Positions 1 to 13,094 of a DNA stretch of 64,000 nt are shown in pieces. The notes beneath the pieces were generated by a model. The model was not told the DNA's origin and searched no databases. It saw nothing but the letters and a program-made list of their open reading frames with translations. The DNA is from Octopus vulgaris. Taxonomy: Eukaryota. A program made the position numbers and the translations under genes. Every line of letters starts with the position of its first letter. The stretch's first letter is position 1. The stretch is from assembly GCA_951406725.2 (NCBI GenBank), contig OX597823.1, positions 79,484,001 to 79,548,000 of the forward strand, read 5' to 3'.

Positions 1-171
1 TTTTCCTGCAGTAAATTATCATTGAGAAATACAGTTTGCCATGAGAAGGCTGATAGGTCGATACAATCCATATTATGTCACGTGACCTGGCCGTAACTGT
101 TAACGCGCAACGACCCGATCGAATTGATTTGCAATGTTGTACTTTAGGCAAGTACTAGAAATATACCTGTT

Positions 172-855
172 CTTTTCTTTTATTCTTTTACTTGTTTCAA
201 TCATTTGACTGCTGCCATGCTGGAGCACCGCCCTTAGCCAAGTAAATCGACTCCAGGACGTATTCTTTGTATGCTTAGTACTAAACAGACCAACATCGGC
301 TATCAAGTGATGGAGGGAACAAACACATACATGTATATATATATATACAATAACAAATTAATAAATAAAACATTTGCATACATACATATATGTACATACC
401 TACATCTATATGTATATATACATGCAGATATGGGTACAGGACACCAAAAAAACGTAGAACGCAGCGAGAAAAGAAAACATTAAAAAAACATGGAAACGGA
501 CTTTTTCAATCAACGAAAAAACAGAGTACAAGACATACAACACAAGGAACATTCCCCTTCTTCAGCTGCCCCTGCTTCGACTACTCCGTGTTTCGAAGGT
601 AAAAGCAAGACACGACTTCGTTGAAACAGTCCTTCCCGCAAAGCATATATATATATATATATATATGCGTGTGTGTGTGTGTGAGTGTGTGCGTGTGTGT
701 GTGCGTGTATACGACGGAGTCTTTCAGTTTCCGTCAACCAAATCCACTCACAAGGCTTTGGTCAACTCGAGGCTACAGTAGAAGACGCTTGCCCAAGGTG
801 CCATGTAATGAGACTGAACATGGAACATGTGGTTGGGAAGCAAGCTTCTTACCAC
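172..855 (-). mobile_element. tRNA-derived SINE family A, with an internal ~280-bp insert
   Basis: Shares tail (+ strand ttgtttcaatcatttgactgctgccatgctggagcaccgcc) and head/CORE-like block (cttgcccaaggtgcca) with seven other copies in the window; ~340-625 is unrelated inserted sequence. Confidence 0.8.
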
Positions 856-2081
856 TGAATATTTTTTTTACTAATAAAATACGTTATGATATTGTTGTTT
901 TCTTTTTCCCTTTTTATGAACACAATAAACCAAATGTTAAATAGTATAAACTATAATGTCGTACCTCTGAAATAATTATTGATTACTCGATGGAGTGCAG
1001 TTCACAGCTAAATCTCTCTCAATCGCCAACCTTTCTCTGTAGAATGGTTAAATTCATGATATAAATTTGTTCTTGATATATTGTACCAGTAAATGAGTTT
1101 AGAGCGTCACAGCTAGAACGCCGTTTTGGAACTATATAGATCCATCTCAGAAATCCATAGCATTAAACATGAAGAGAACATGCAGTTAATCAACAGATCA
1201 GAAAATATCTAAAAAGCGGTGGTTTATGAGAACCGAAAGCGGAAATACTTCGAAATATTCTAACAATATACTCAAATATGTTTTGTTAGTGAAAACATCA
1301 AATTTTCGCATAAATGAGTTTTGAATCAAAACAAAACAAAAATAAAATCAGAGGTACCTGCTTTAAAGCCCTTCTCACGTAACTCGTAATGCTTTCAAAT
1401 ATCAAATGTAAACGTAAACATTCCTTAGAAAATTCAAAATGAAGCCAACATGAAGCACATTAACATAATTAATATATGCAAGCCATTGCCAGTTTTGCCA
1501 GTTTACCATTAGTTGCGTTTGCATCAATCCAAATTCTACACCTTATCACACTTCCAAGTACTATCAGTAAAAGGGGCGTCAACATATTCGACGCATCCAA
1601 GAATAAATAAACAGTACAGATAACAAAAGATGTGACGTAATTGCATAATCCCTAAACACCATTTATACCCTTAAAATTCCAAGTCATTCCCATACACCCC
1701 GCGAACTTTACTATCATGATATGTTAGAGTTTGGGACTTTGGGATGGAAGTTAAGAACATATTTAAAACCTTATTTCCTACGCTGATCCATCACAAGTCA
1801 CTCATTATCAATGCAATATTAATAAGCTAGTTAGAATATAGTCTTTGTATATGATCCTTGAATGTTTTCTATAACCTGCATACCTACAGTACGTAATCCT
1901 CAAGTTTCCAATTAATAATTTTCTTATAGCGGTACATGTCAGCAGTGGATATTATTGAGAAGAGAGAGGTCAGGACTATCATTGTATCAATTTTCGACGT
2001 AGTGCAATTAACCTGAATATGGCGAGAAGATATCTCTATCTACACGCAACAACACGGACAACGAAAACAATTAGTAATGCC

Positions 2082-2312
2082 TATTTCTTTACTACCCACA
2101 AGGGACTAAACACAAAGGGGACAAACAAGGACAGACAAACGGATTAAGTTGATTACATCGACCCCAGTGCGTAACTAGTATTTATTTAATCGACCCCGAA
2201 AGAATGAAAGGCAAAGTCGACCTCGGTGGAATTTGAACTCAGAACGTAACGGCAGACGAAATACTGCTAAGCATTTCGCCCGGCGTGCTAACGTTTCTGC
2301 CAGCTCGCCGCC
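2082..2312 (-). mobile_element. tRNA-derived SINE family B (Meta/MESC-like central domain)
   Basis: Reverse complement of the ggcggcgagctggcagaaacgttagcacgccgggcg...gtaaagaaata unit seen at 12058, 24559, 39513. TSD-like aattagtaat(g/a)cc at 2069-2081 and 2317-2329. Confidence 0.85.
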
Positions 2313-2469
2313 TTAAAATTAGTAATACCATAATGCATAATACTAAGTCGTCTTTCATTCTGACAGATGTTTGTAGTTTATTGTGTCATTCATCAGGAAA
2401 TGATATTCAGCTTTCAGTAGGATCAAATACGATCCCATTCCTAAATATCTCATAATTTCTTGTAACATA

Positions 2470-2687
2470 TGAAGGAGTGTTGAACAGTTCCTGGCTTCAA
2501 GGGTGTCACGAAAGGTCTGGCTGGATGCTCAGCCTTCAGAGTTCTTTTACGGGGCTTAGAAAAAACTGAAGGACCGCTGCAATACATGTGTGAATATGAG
2601 AAGGGAATATGTTAAATAAAATCATAATAAAATGATCCTGCTGTATTTACTTTTACTCAAAGCCAGGAAGTTTAAGGCGCCCCCTCG
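2470..2687 (+). mobile_element. Internally deleted mariner-type DNA transposon (MITE)
   Basis: Imperfect TIRs tgaaggagtgttgaacagttcctggctt / aaagccaggaagtttaaggcgccccctcg flanked by TA on both sides. Interior encodes a degenerate mariner transposase C-terminus (KLKDRCNTCVNMRREYVK*, cf. KL..RW.KC....G.Y.E*). Confidence 0.75.
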
Positions 2688-4591
2688 TAGATGTTCATGG
2701 AAGATAAACATGAGTATTTCGTCAGTAAATCAAGGCAGTTAATATTTGAGTGATTGTTATTCAATGTTTCTGAGATGTAGAAAAGTTATGTACCGACGAT
2801 TCTGCATGCATTTGAACGTCATGTGTGGCTGAAACTGCAGAGGCAATCAATGATCAATGGACAGGCTAACAATAGCCATCAAAAGAGATATCATACAAGC
2901 TGGCCGTTGCGTATAATAATAGAATTAATCAGATTTCCTTTCTCACATTGTTAAGGATTTTTGATGCGAAGCCATGTTGAACGCAAGATTAGAGTTAAGC
3001 TGTAAGGTTAATTGGGGACTGAAAGGAAGTGATTACGATTAAGGTAATACCTATTTTCACGATCATTATCATAGAATACTTGCTTTCACCTACGACTGAA
3101 GCATAATGAAGACACTCGAATTTGTATAGTTTAAAAGAAATGCAATCAGCCGTATTATATATACTCAGTGTACAGCTGTGATGTATGATGCGATGCTCCC
3201 TGCTCTATGAAAACTATTGTAATAAATGCTTCGAATTTTAAAATAGTCGTCAGTAAAGTCAACGTGTTCGGTACAAAAATTCGGATTTAGGGGCATTTAC
3301 GGTGTAAGGCAAATTAAATGGATATTAATGTGGCTGGAAACAATGCTTAATGAAAACCTCTCATCCGCAGCTTAAGAGAGTTTGTCAAGTATCAATAATA
3401 ATAGCTGTTCTGTTGAGAGAAAAGATGATATATTTAAAGAGTCGAAATAAATATATATTTGTCAAGGGCATTTAGAGCATAGGGAGTTTTTATCATCTTT
3501 CATTTGATAATCGATACCAATTTATGGTAAAATGGGTTCAGTGAATTTACCGTGAAGTTCACTTTCTCAAGGAAAGGAGCAACGTTTTATATTTGAATTT
3601 GGTACCATGTCACCGACAGGTTTAAATGAATATCTTCCTTCTACCTCTTCACTTCATCTTGGTTCATTGAACCCTTTCCTATATTTTGACTCACCTCTCC
3701 CCTCATTTTTCCTGTCACTTCACTCTCGTCTAAGCCCGTTTCTTATCGTCATCCATTCCACAATTTTTCTTTGTTTCTCTCTCCTACCACATCCTGTTCA
3801 CGAATGAAGATCCCGTGGTCCTGCGCCCCTTATCTGTTGCAGCCATTTTTGTAACTTTAGGGGGTATAAAACTCTTCTAAGTAACATGCATTATTTTCCA
3901 GTCAATTTCTCCTGAAGAATGTCTCCGTCCGAAACTTTGAATTTTCCACATGCACGGTAATTTCACCATACTCTTTTTACCCATTATACAAAAATATTCG
4001 AGTCTTGTCGACGCAGACAGCACCCGTCTCTTCGGAGTCTGTTCAGACAAATAAATATGTTTTACACTAAAACTCCTTTATTATCATTGGTAATATGACC
4101 ATCGCAATCACGTATCTAAATGTGATAGCTTAATTAATAAATATCGATTACTGCACGAATTCATCACATTTTGCAATGCGTTCCTTACCCAGTTACCATG
4201 TAACTAAGACAAAATCCGATGACACAAAATTTCATCACAAATGCAAAGTTAATGTTCAAACATACGTGTTTCCCGTTTCTTCAGTTTACTCTTAGATATT
4301 ATTCTATATTCTCACGTGTTATTCTTTGGAGAGATAAGTTTTGTATTATCGATCTGTTGGTTTTTCTAGTTCTTTAAACAGACATTTTTCTTCAAATAAA
4401 CATTTTTATTGAATAAATTTGGATTCTAATTTCTTTTTTAATCAAAGCAGAATGAAAACGGATTAGTTGTTGGAGCCAATACCATGGATGCAGACAGGTT
4501 TTGCAGATCAATTTACCAAAAATGTAATTATTTTGGTAATTTTAGCAAGTTGATTTTCTTTCTTTCATTCTATCTTTCTTTTTCTTCTTCT

Positions 4592-4916
4592 GGCTCAGTG
4601 GTTAGAGCGTCGAGCTTACGATCGTGAGGTTGTGAGCTCGAATCCCGGACCGGGCTGCGTGTTGTGTTCTCGAGCAAGGCACTTTATTTCACGTTGCTCC
4701 AGTTCACTCATCTGTAGAAATGAGTTGCGACGTCACTGGTGCCAAGCTGTATCGACCTTTGTCTTTCCCTTGGATAACACTGGTGGCGTGAAGAGGGGAG
4801 GCTGGTATGCATGGGCGACTGCTGGCCTTCCATAAACAACCTTGCCCGGACTTGTGCCTCGGAGGGTAACTTTCTAGGTGCAATCCCATGGTCACTCATG
4901 ACCGAAGGGGGTCTTT
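4592..4916 (+). mobile_element. tRNA-derived SINE family D (CORE-like domain)
   Basis: A box ggctcagtggtta, B box gagctcgaatcc, CORE-like gagcaaggcactttatttcacgttgctccag; 3' half recurs inverted at 5955-6150; ends in (tta)n. Confidence 0.75.
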
Positions 4917-5042
4917 ATTATTATTATTATTATTATTATTGTTATTATTTTTTTTCTTCTTTCAAATTTGCTTCCATTTCTTGCCGAGTGTCTTCCCGAC
5001 TCCTAGGGCAAAGAAACTTATTATTATTATTATTATTATTAT

Positions 5043-5110
<68 letters not shown>
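4917..5110. repeat. (TTA)n/(TAG)n microsatellites containing a ~60-bp insert resembling an R4/Dong-type LINE 3' end
   Basis: Simple repeats seen directly. Insert 4960-5020 reads on minus as ccctaggagtcgggaagacactcggcaagaaatggaagcaaatttgaa followed by an A-rich/(aat)n tail; family assignment is from memory only. Confidence 0.5.
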
Positions 5111-5421
5111 TTGAGTGAGAGAGCAGTCCATACCATCAAAGTGACACTGGGGTAAAATATACGAAGCTCAGTACACCCATTATGACTACCCACCTGATAA
5201 GGGTACACTAGCCACATGCATCACAACCATATAGCACGCCGGACAAAATACTCAGCGTCTACCTTAACATTCTGAATTCAAATTCCACTGAAGTCGACTT
5301 TATCATTCATCATTTCGGGTGTCGATAACTTAAGTAGCAGTTGAGTACTGGGTTCCAAGTTGACTACCTCCCTTACCCAACTTTCAGGCCTTGTACCTAT
5401 AATAGAAGGGATTATTATTAC

Positions 5422-5458
<37 letters not shown>

Positions 5459-5870
5459 GAGTGAGAGAGCAGTGCATGCCATCAAAGTCACACTGGGGTA
5501 ATACATACGAAGCTCAATATACCCATCATGACTACCTGTCTGATAAGGGTACACCAGGCACATGCATCACAACCATCTCTGCGTGACATGGTGATCTCAT
5601 ATCAAGATAAACAGCACAATACCTTGCAGGTGAGGCTCAGTTAGAATTTTCTTCTGGTCGAGTAACCCATCCCGCTCAAAAAGTCCCTGAATAAGGACCG
5701 TGTAAGGATGTTGAACGAGCCACCAATGTTTCCAGAGGTGAATTATTAAAACCCCAAAGAATCCCTCTCAACACATGGCTCTGAAGCTCGTCCACTACTT
5801 CTGCTCGTGATCAGAGATGCACATATCGTCAGCCAGTAAGAGACATGGTCAACTGGTTAAGGTCAAACAC
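5110..5870 (-). mobile_element. Interspersed repeat in two copies (5110-5230 truncated; 5457-5870), each abutting trinucleotide repeats, with a degenerate SINE B between them
   Basis: ttgagtgagagagcagt(c/g)cat(a/g)ccatcaaagt...gcatcacaaccat occurs at 5111 and 5457, each directly after a (tag)n/(tta)n tract; consistent with a minus-strand non-LTR element with an (aat)n-type tail. Confidence 0.6.
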
Positions 5871-5954
5871 TTTCTTCCTACACCTCGATCCTTAGATCTT
5901 ACATTTATATAATAATGCATATACGTATATATGTATACTTTATATATATATTGT

Positions 5955-6150
5955 GACACCCTTCGGTCATTAATGACCATGGAATTGCACCTAGAAAGTT
6001 ACCCTCCGAGGCACAAGTCTGGGCAAGGTTGTTTATGGAAGACCAGTAGTCGCCCACGCATACCGGCTTCCCCTCTCCACGCCACCGATGTTATCCAAGG
6101 GAAAGGCAAAGGCCGATACAGCTTGACACTCGTGACGTCGCAGCTCATTT
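5955..6150 (-). mobile_element. SINE family D, 3' half
   Basis: Reverse-complement match to 4720-4915. Confidence 0.75.
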
Positions 6151-6151
6151 A

Positions 6152-6460
6152 TTAACGTGCAAGTGGCTGAGCACTCCACAGACACATGTACCATTAACGT
6201 AGTTCTCGGGGAGATTCAGCATGATTCAGTGTGACAAGGATGGCCTTTTGAAATACAGCTTCAACAGAAACAGGAAGAGAGAGTGCGAGAAAGTTGTGGT
6301 GAAAGAGTACAGCAAGGTTCACCACCACGTCCTGCCGGAGCCTCGTGAGGCTTTAAGTATTTTCGCTCAATAAACACTCACAATGCCCGGTCTGGGAATC
6401 GAAACCGAGATCCTGCGACCGCGAGGCCGCTGCCCTAACCACTGGACCATTGCGCTTCCA
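6152..6460 (-). mobile_element. tRNA-derived SINE family C (tail type 1, 3' truncated)
   Basis: Matches 16725-17038; head on minus ggaagcgcaatggtccagtggttagggcagcgg...ggtttcgattccc (A and B boxes). Confidence 0.8.
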
Positions 6461-6520
6461 CACATACACACACACACACACACACGGACACACATACACA
6501 TACGCGCGCGTGTGTGTGTG

Positions 6521-7440
6521 TAACTTAAAATAATAAGGGTGAAAAATTGAATATTGATTTGAATAAGTATCAATTTAAAACCAGTGGTCTAGTATATAGA
6601 AAAATCTGAAGATTCAGAAGAATTATATTGCATACATATAAGAAGGATGACCACTAAGTGGACATCCATTATGCTATATGTCGACCCCCTATGGTTTTAC
6701 CACTAAGAAAGGAATGTTCTCAAGAAAATTTAGCAAAAGCCAGAACATAAGCGAGCAAGACAAATGAAAAGATACAAAATATACAGATTAATCACAAACC
6801 CAGTTTCGTTGTTACCACTTACGTAGATGTCCACAACTCGTCAGTGTGATCGTCATAGCAAAATGTAATTTGAAGAACTATACACGAAACATCCACATGA
6901 GATTGAATATTTATATAGTTCTACCAATTACATTTGGGTTTTTTTTTTTCAAAAGTCTTCATTATGGCACACCAAAATACCGGAAATAATTCTGCAGAAA
7001 ATAATTCACTGCAGTGAATTTTGCCGGTTAGAGAACATAGTTATTTAGATTTAAATTTAAAATAATAAGAGTGAAAAATTGAATATTAATTTGATTAATA
7101 TCAATTTAAAACCAGTGGTCTAGCATATAGAAAAATCTGAAGATCCAGAAAAATTATATTAGGGAGAGTCTGAGAGACCCTGCGTATGGGCTACAAAGGA
7201 TGGTCGGAGTTGAAAACAGAGAGGTGGGAGAGGAAAGCAGAGAGAGAGAGGAGTAGACAGGAGGAACGGGGAAATGGTGATGGGGCTGTTAAAGATGAGG
7301 AATACGAACGCTATACAGTGAACCCTGATACTGTGGTGAGTGGACATACAAGGGAAATGAACCTTGTTTGAAAAGGTATTTGTGTTCGAATGGAAGAAAA
7401 ATGTATACTTAGTGGTCATCACTCTTATATATATGTAATA
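6521..7440 (-). mobile_element. Non-coding HHR-bearing PLE-like element, partial tandem (period ~532) with a short inverted end
   Basis: taataag(g/a)gtgaaaaattgaatatt...aattatatt at 6531 and 7063; 7409-7432 is an inverted copy of ~6635-6660; contains the HHR at 6791-6850; sits between microsatellites. Confidence 0.65.
6791..6850 (-). ncRNA. Type I hammerhead ribozyme
   Basis: Minus: atcaca CTGACGA gttgt..acaac GAAA c tgg g TT tgtgat. Stem I 6 bp, stem II 5 bp, minimal stem III, GUU cleavage triplet. Confidence 0.75.
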
Positions 7441-7745
7441 TATATATATATATATATAGCAATTAAGGACAACTACTTAATAAGGAAAACTTAACAAGAA
7501 ATTGTCAGGTAGATAGCGTGAAAACCTCATAAGAGAATAAATTTCGAAAATAATTATTTCTTATTGAACATATTAATTTATATATGGAGGGCATTATACA
7601 TACATGCCAGAGGGCATTATACATACATGCCAGAGGGCATTATACATACATGCCACACGCTAAGAGGGACAATTAGTCATTTCTACCAAAAATATTACTA
7701 ATCCCACCGAATGCAATTTTTCAAAGTAAGACATTTAAAAAATAT

Positions 7746-7793
7746 AGACCTGTATCACAGTGATTTCATACTTACGTATTCATCAGCAGGCCT
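7746..7793 (-). ncRNA. Type I hammerhead ribozyme (inverted copy)
   Basis: Exact reverse complement of 8265-8312. Confidence 0.85.
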
Positions 7794-8264
7794 GAATGTA
7801 TCATAAATAAACGACCCTGCCCCGCTTAAGTCGATCAGCTAACTGATCAACATCAACGAAGCACATGGGTGAGTTTACATATATTACATCCTGTAAATGG
7901 CATACTTTTACGAATTGCATTTCGGGAAAGGAAAATGTATAATGCCCTCTGGCATGTATGTATAATGCCCTCTATATATAAATTAATATGTTCAATAAGA
8001 AATAATTATTTTCGAAATTTATTCTCTTATGAGGTTTTCACGCTATCTACCTGACAATTTCTTGTTAAGTTTTCCTTATTAAGTAGTTGTCCTTAATTGC
8101 TAAATTTTTATTCCGAAAAAACTTTTCCTTTCCCGAAATGCAATTCGTAAAAGTATGCCATTTACAGGATGTAATATATGTAAACTCACCCATGTGCTTC
8201 GTTGATGTTGATCAGTTAGCTGATCGACTTAAGCGGGGCAGGGTCGTTTATTTATGATACATTC

Positions 8265-8312
8265 AGGCCTGCTGATGAATACGTAAGTATGAAATCACTG
8301 TGATACAGGTCT
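8265..8312 (+). ncRNA. Type I hammerhead ribozyme, intact core
   Basis: aggcctg CTGATGA atac-gtaa-gtat GAAA tca-ctg-tga TA caggtct. Stem I 7 bp, stem II 4 bp with GNRA loop, predicted cleavage after A8305. Confidence 0.88.
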
Positions 8313-8676
8313 ATATTTTTTAAATGTCTTACTTTGAAAAATTGCATTCGGTGGGATTAGTAATATTTTTGGTAGAAATGACTAATTGTCCCTCTTAGCG
8401 TGTGGCATGTATGTATAATGCCCTCTGGCATGTATGTATAATGCCCTCTATATATAAATTAATATGTTTAATAAGAAATAATTATTTTCGAAATTTATTC
8501 TCTTATGAGGTTTTCACGCTATCTACCTGACAATTTCTTGTTAAGTTTTCCTTATTAAGTAGTTGTCCTTAATTGCTATATATATATATATATATATATT
8601 AATAGCGTTCTGTCAATCGCTATACAAATCCATCATTTTTTGCTAAAATGTCTTATTGACGAGTTTCGTCTTTTTC

Positions 8677-8762
8677 ACTTTCCCGAAGAGAAGATTGCAT
8701 TGTTTATACCATTTATTCTTTTGAATAGTATCAGTGGAATTTTCGAAACATGTGTCGAAAGT
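8677..8762 (+). ncRNA. Type I hammerhead ribozyme, U4C core mutation, long loop II; in a ~200-bp element between (TA)n tracts
   Basis: actttc CCGAAGA gaagatt...aattttc GAAA catgtg TC gaaagt; near-identical to the intact copy at 22698-22783. Confidence 0.7.
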
Positions 8763-8804
8763 AAAAATATTTGATTTACACCTGCGTTAAACTCCATTTA
8801 TTTA

Positions 8805-8970
<166 letters not shown>

Positions 8971-11174
8971 CATAGTGCAACCAAGTAAATGTTCCTTTGT
9001 TCGTTTGTTGTTGTTCTTTTATGCTAGATCGTATATCTGCTGCACCCTTACTTCAAAAAACTAACCACAGTTCTTCGTGCTGGTCTGTCTAGTTACATTC
9101 ATTTCCGTTGTTATTCTGCTTTTTGTATTTTCTTTGCGTTTTTTCGCGTCTTTCTTTTCTATGTTTCTCAAAAATTAGTAAAACGTATAGATTTTTGTTC
9201 TGATATTTATATTTATTTTTTCTCTTTTATCGAGAATCAGTCAAGATTTGCTTCTGTTATATGTCGTTCCAAAGGCAAGAAGATTCGATTCCTGATCCTA
9301 ACTGATATTATTTATCATCGAATTAAATTACTGCACTTTCATTAAATCCTATCAAATCCAGCGATCTTGAATTTTACGGGTTTTGAAAGAGCAATTAATT
9401 TGAAATACATTGTTACAATAGAACAGAATAAAATGACACATACGTGAAAAACTTTAGCATTTATTTTCTTGCTGCTTGTTCCGACTCTGTTACCATCTAA
9501 TAACAGATATCTACTGCGAGGACCATTACAAAGGGATTTTTGTTGTAGATTTCTAAAATAAAGGTATTTTATTAAACAGTTCCTACAACTTGTATTCGAT
9601 TTTTATCGACGGCCCCTTATGCTATGAGTTCGAATTCCACTGAAATCAACCTTGTTTGTTATCCTCCCGATGTCCACAAACTATATGCCATTATTTTGCT
9701 GGATGTGCTATTTAGTCGAATGTGCTCTCCACGAAAACATATTTGTGTAACCTTACCTAAAACTGTGTTCCTATGTAAGAAATTAATTGAGATTACATAG
9801 AGTTACATGGTTTATATGGGTAAGAAATATACTTTTACCTTTTTACATTTTTGCAGCGGTTTATGCATGTCTGTTGTTTCAAAGTCTCGGCAAAAGTAAT
9901 ATTTACATTGCTCTGATTTATTCAGTGCAATGTAAAGTGAAATGTCAGCAAGACAGTGAGGAAGCGACTTTGATACATTTACCAGGAACACGGGTTCGAG
10001 CCCAATTATGGGCAAGTTTCTCTGATATGAAAATATGGATGTAATGTAACGTATTCAAATTCATTAAAACTTTTCCTACACAGTTGTTCAGTAGATGAAT
10101 AATATAAGTAGACTATGACTTCAGTTTCATTCAGCATTCAAATTTGTTTAAATATTGTCTTAAATATCAACTCAGAAGTGGCAAGTGTATAAGAAAAAAA
10201 TGCAGTTTTAGAAGATGTTCTCTCATAAGTATGAACCGTTGTTAATAACCATGATGACGTACTACTATCTTAAGAAAGAAACACTTGTCAAAAATACAAT
10301 TAAAATGAAAAGGAATTCATAGTACTCTATTAATTTCCAATAGTCTTACAGTTTCCAAAATAATCGAGTAATTTCCACGAGTACTTCTAGCTAATATCAA
10401 TTATAGAAATAAGTGTATATAACTTTCTAGTAGTTTCCATCAGAGCTGGAATAAAACAGGAATTTAGAGTCCATTCTTCGGTGCCGATTACTGCTGTTGT
10501 TAATACTTTGGGAAAAGCCGTGAACATAACAATTTCCATGTTAATCCTTCACTAAACAACAGAATATTTATTAACAAATAGATATACTGAAATATAATCA
10601 TATTTATTTCACCAGGCTGTGCATAATCCATAGGCTCCTTTTCACTACCTTGAGATAGGAACGCAATTGTCCTGTTTTGTGGTAATTACAGTTCATCGTG
10701 ACTGGCTTAATGTTTTCTTCCAGTATAATAAGAGGATTCAATGCATTAAAAATACAGTTCTGCGCACCATAACTCATTTACATAATGGTGCACAATAGAC
10801 AACCAGAAATAATTACCAGGATAGAAATCCATAGACATTTCTATTCACAACATACGCTATATTGATTCTGTAGATATTATTGCCGAACTCTCAATCATGT
10901 AGCAGTGTGTAAATGAATTTTACCAAGAATATTTTTGCTTACATGTGTATAAGTAACCCTTTGCTTCTTTATTTCTATATCTTGGGACGAATCGATAAAC
11001 CCTGAGAAAAGGATAAGATAGCAAAGCTATTCGGTAGAATCATTATCCCTAGTTTCCAAAAATACCATGTACTGACCTAAGTTTTCATTAGTATATGACT
11101 AAAATATATGTGTGTGTGCGCGCGCGAGTGTGTGTGTGTGTGCGCGCGCGAGTGTGTGTGTGTGTGTGTGTGTG

Positions 11175-11550
11175 TATTTTTCAATGTGCACAATTAACAC
11201 GGAAAAATTAATAGTTACCAGGGTATCAAAAATTCCCCTACTTACAGCCTACTTATAAAGGTAGAAATTCTAGGGTTCAGTGAAATGTTTTTGTCAAATG
11301 GAGTTAAATGCAGGTGTTATTCAAATCTTATACTTCCGACATATGTTTCGAAGCAAACATGTGTATTATTCCTGATAGAAAAAAATGATGTAAAACAATG
11401 TAATTATCAAATTATCAAATTTTTGGCATTAAAATTTTTCTTTTGACCTTATCTTGTAATTCATTTATAAATTTAACCTTTAAAGGTATTTTTTGATATG
11501 TTGGCCATTGATAAAATTTTTTTCCCGAAAACAATTTTATCCTACATTAG
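11175..11550 (-). mobile_element. Diverged relative of the 8600/22500 HHR element family
   Basis: Shares aattaacacggaaaaa..atagttaccaggg..ttataaaggtagaaa with 22519-22615; on minus has ttcGAAAcatatgTCggaag like 22763-22782; 5' half of the core not clearly retained. Confidence 0.55.
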
Positions 11551-11552
11551 TT

Positions 11553-11840
<288 letters not shown>

Positions 11841-12057
11841 AGTATAATAGGCTTTTGCCTAATATACCACGCAGTGGAACTGAACCTGGAACAGAGTGGT
11901 AGGGAAGAAAGCGTCTTCGCTACAGCAACACCTACGTCTATATATGTATACGTTTATAAGGTACTCTGCATAAGCACTATCGACTGCCCCATCACCAAAA
12001 ATTTCGCGCCTTGTGCCTAGAGTAGAAAAGAATATACATATATATATATATATATAT

Positions 12058-12288
12058 GGCGGCGAGCTGGCAGAAACGTTAGCACGCCGGGCGAAATGCG
12101 TAGCCGTATTTCGTCTGTCGTTACGTTCCAAGTTCAAATTCCGCCGAGGTCGACTTTGCCTTTCATCCTTTCAGGGTCGATAAATTAAGTACCAGTTACG
12201 CACTGGGGTCGATGTAATCGACTTAATCCGTTTGTCTGTCCTTATTTGTCCCTTCTGTGTTTAGCCCATTGTGGGCAATAAAGAAATA
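12058..12288 (+). mobile_element. SINE family B, full length
   Basis: tRNA-like head with B box gttcaaattcc; gcctttcatcctttcagggtcgataaattaagtaccag resembles the Meta-SINE domain; inserted in (TA)n. Confidence 0.85.
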
Positions 12289-12290
12289 CA

Positions 12291-12340
<50 letters not shown>

Positions 12341-13060
12341 GTTAATAAAAGAAAATGAAAAAAAATATATAATAGAGGCTCGGTTCATTTTATTTGTATG
12401 ACAATGGAAAAGGTATGCAAATTAATGCATTTGATGTTTTAGCAACGTTTCAACGATCAATACCTAATCACATGAACTCCGCGTCCCAATAAGTGTTTGC
12501 TTACATTTGAAAACTTCTAAACACAATCCTCAAATTAGTCATTCCGTTATTCAAAACCGGAAAATATACTTACTTTTCCCTGAAGGTACCCGGCAATATA
12601 TGTTTTATTACATCTATTATCGTTTGAATGATGATGATTCTTACATACTGTCAGATTGAAGTATGTGTAGCATTTTTTTTTCGGATGTTTTTTGGTTGTT
12701 ATGTTGATCCAGTTCCCTTTATTTTCATTCTTATACGTATCACTTTTACTTTGCATTACTTTTCCATTGTGATATAAATAAAATGAGCCTGTTCATTTTC
12801 TTTTATTACCTTTACAATTTATGAAGCTGTTTATACATATATATTGAGGAACTTTCTTTTAAATATATTTGATAAGGCCACTTGGCATCTGGATTGTTAG
12901 TAACAATCCTTACGACGAAATTACATCCTCAATTTGTATGTATATATATATATATATATATATATACATGCACATATATATATGTATGTATGTACGTATG
13001 TATATGTATATATATATGTATATATATATGTGTGTGTGTGTATATGTGTGTGTATGTATG

Positions 13061-13091
<31 letters not shown>

Positions 13092-13094
13092 TGG

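Larger units (their letters stand above)
7455..8578. mobile_element. Retrozyme-like/PLE terminal-repeat element: inverted copy (7455-7934) head-to-head with 1.35 tandem copies of a 476-nt monomer (7935-8578)
   Basis: Near-perfect inverted repeat; ccttaattgc ends at 8100 and 8576 (period 476); (TA)n on both sides; internal 22-bp minisatellite; one HHR per monomer. Confidence 0.85.

Noticed and set aside
545-605. Minus-strand GAAA...GTC...CTGAAGA arrangement suggesting a type II hammerhead in the SINE A insert
   Set aside because: No convincing stem I between the cleavage triplet and CUGAAGA.
3910-3940. cCTGAAGAatgtctccgtccGAAActTTga hammerhead-like core downstream of a TATA-like motif
   Set aside because: Stems I and II barely pair; may be a decayed pLTR but cannot be supported.
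4592-4665. tRNA-like sequences with A and B boxes (also 16965-17038, 59232-59290)
   Set aside because: They are SINE heads followed by SINE bodies; no complete cloverleaf, so not called tRNA genes.
7586-7655. 22-bp direct repeats gagggcattatacatacatgcc(a) that might suggest CRISPR
   Set aside because: Contiguous tandem units without unique spacers, eukaryotic context and no cas genes; it is a minisatellite inside the HHR element.
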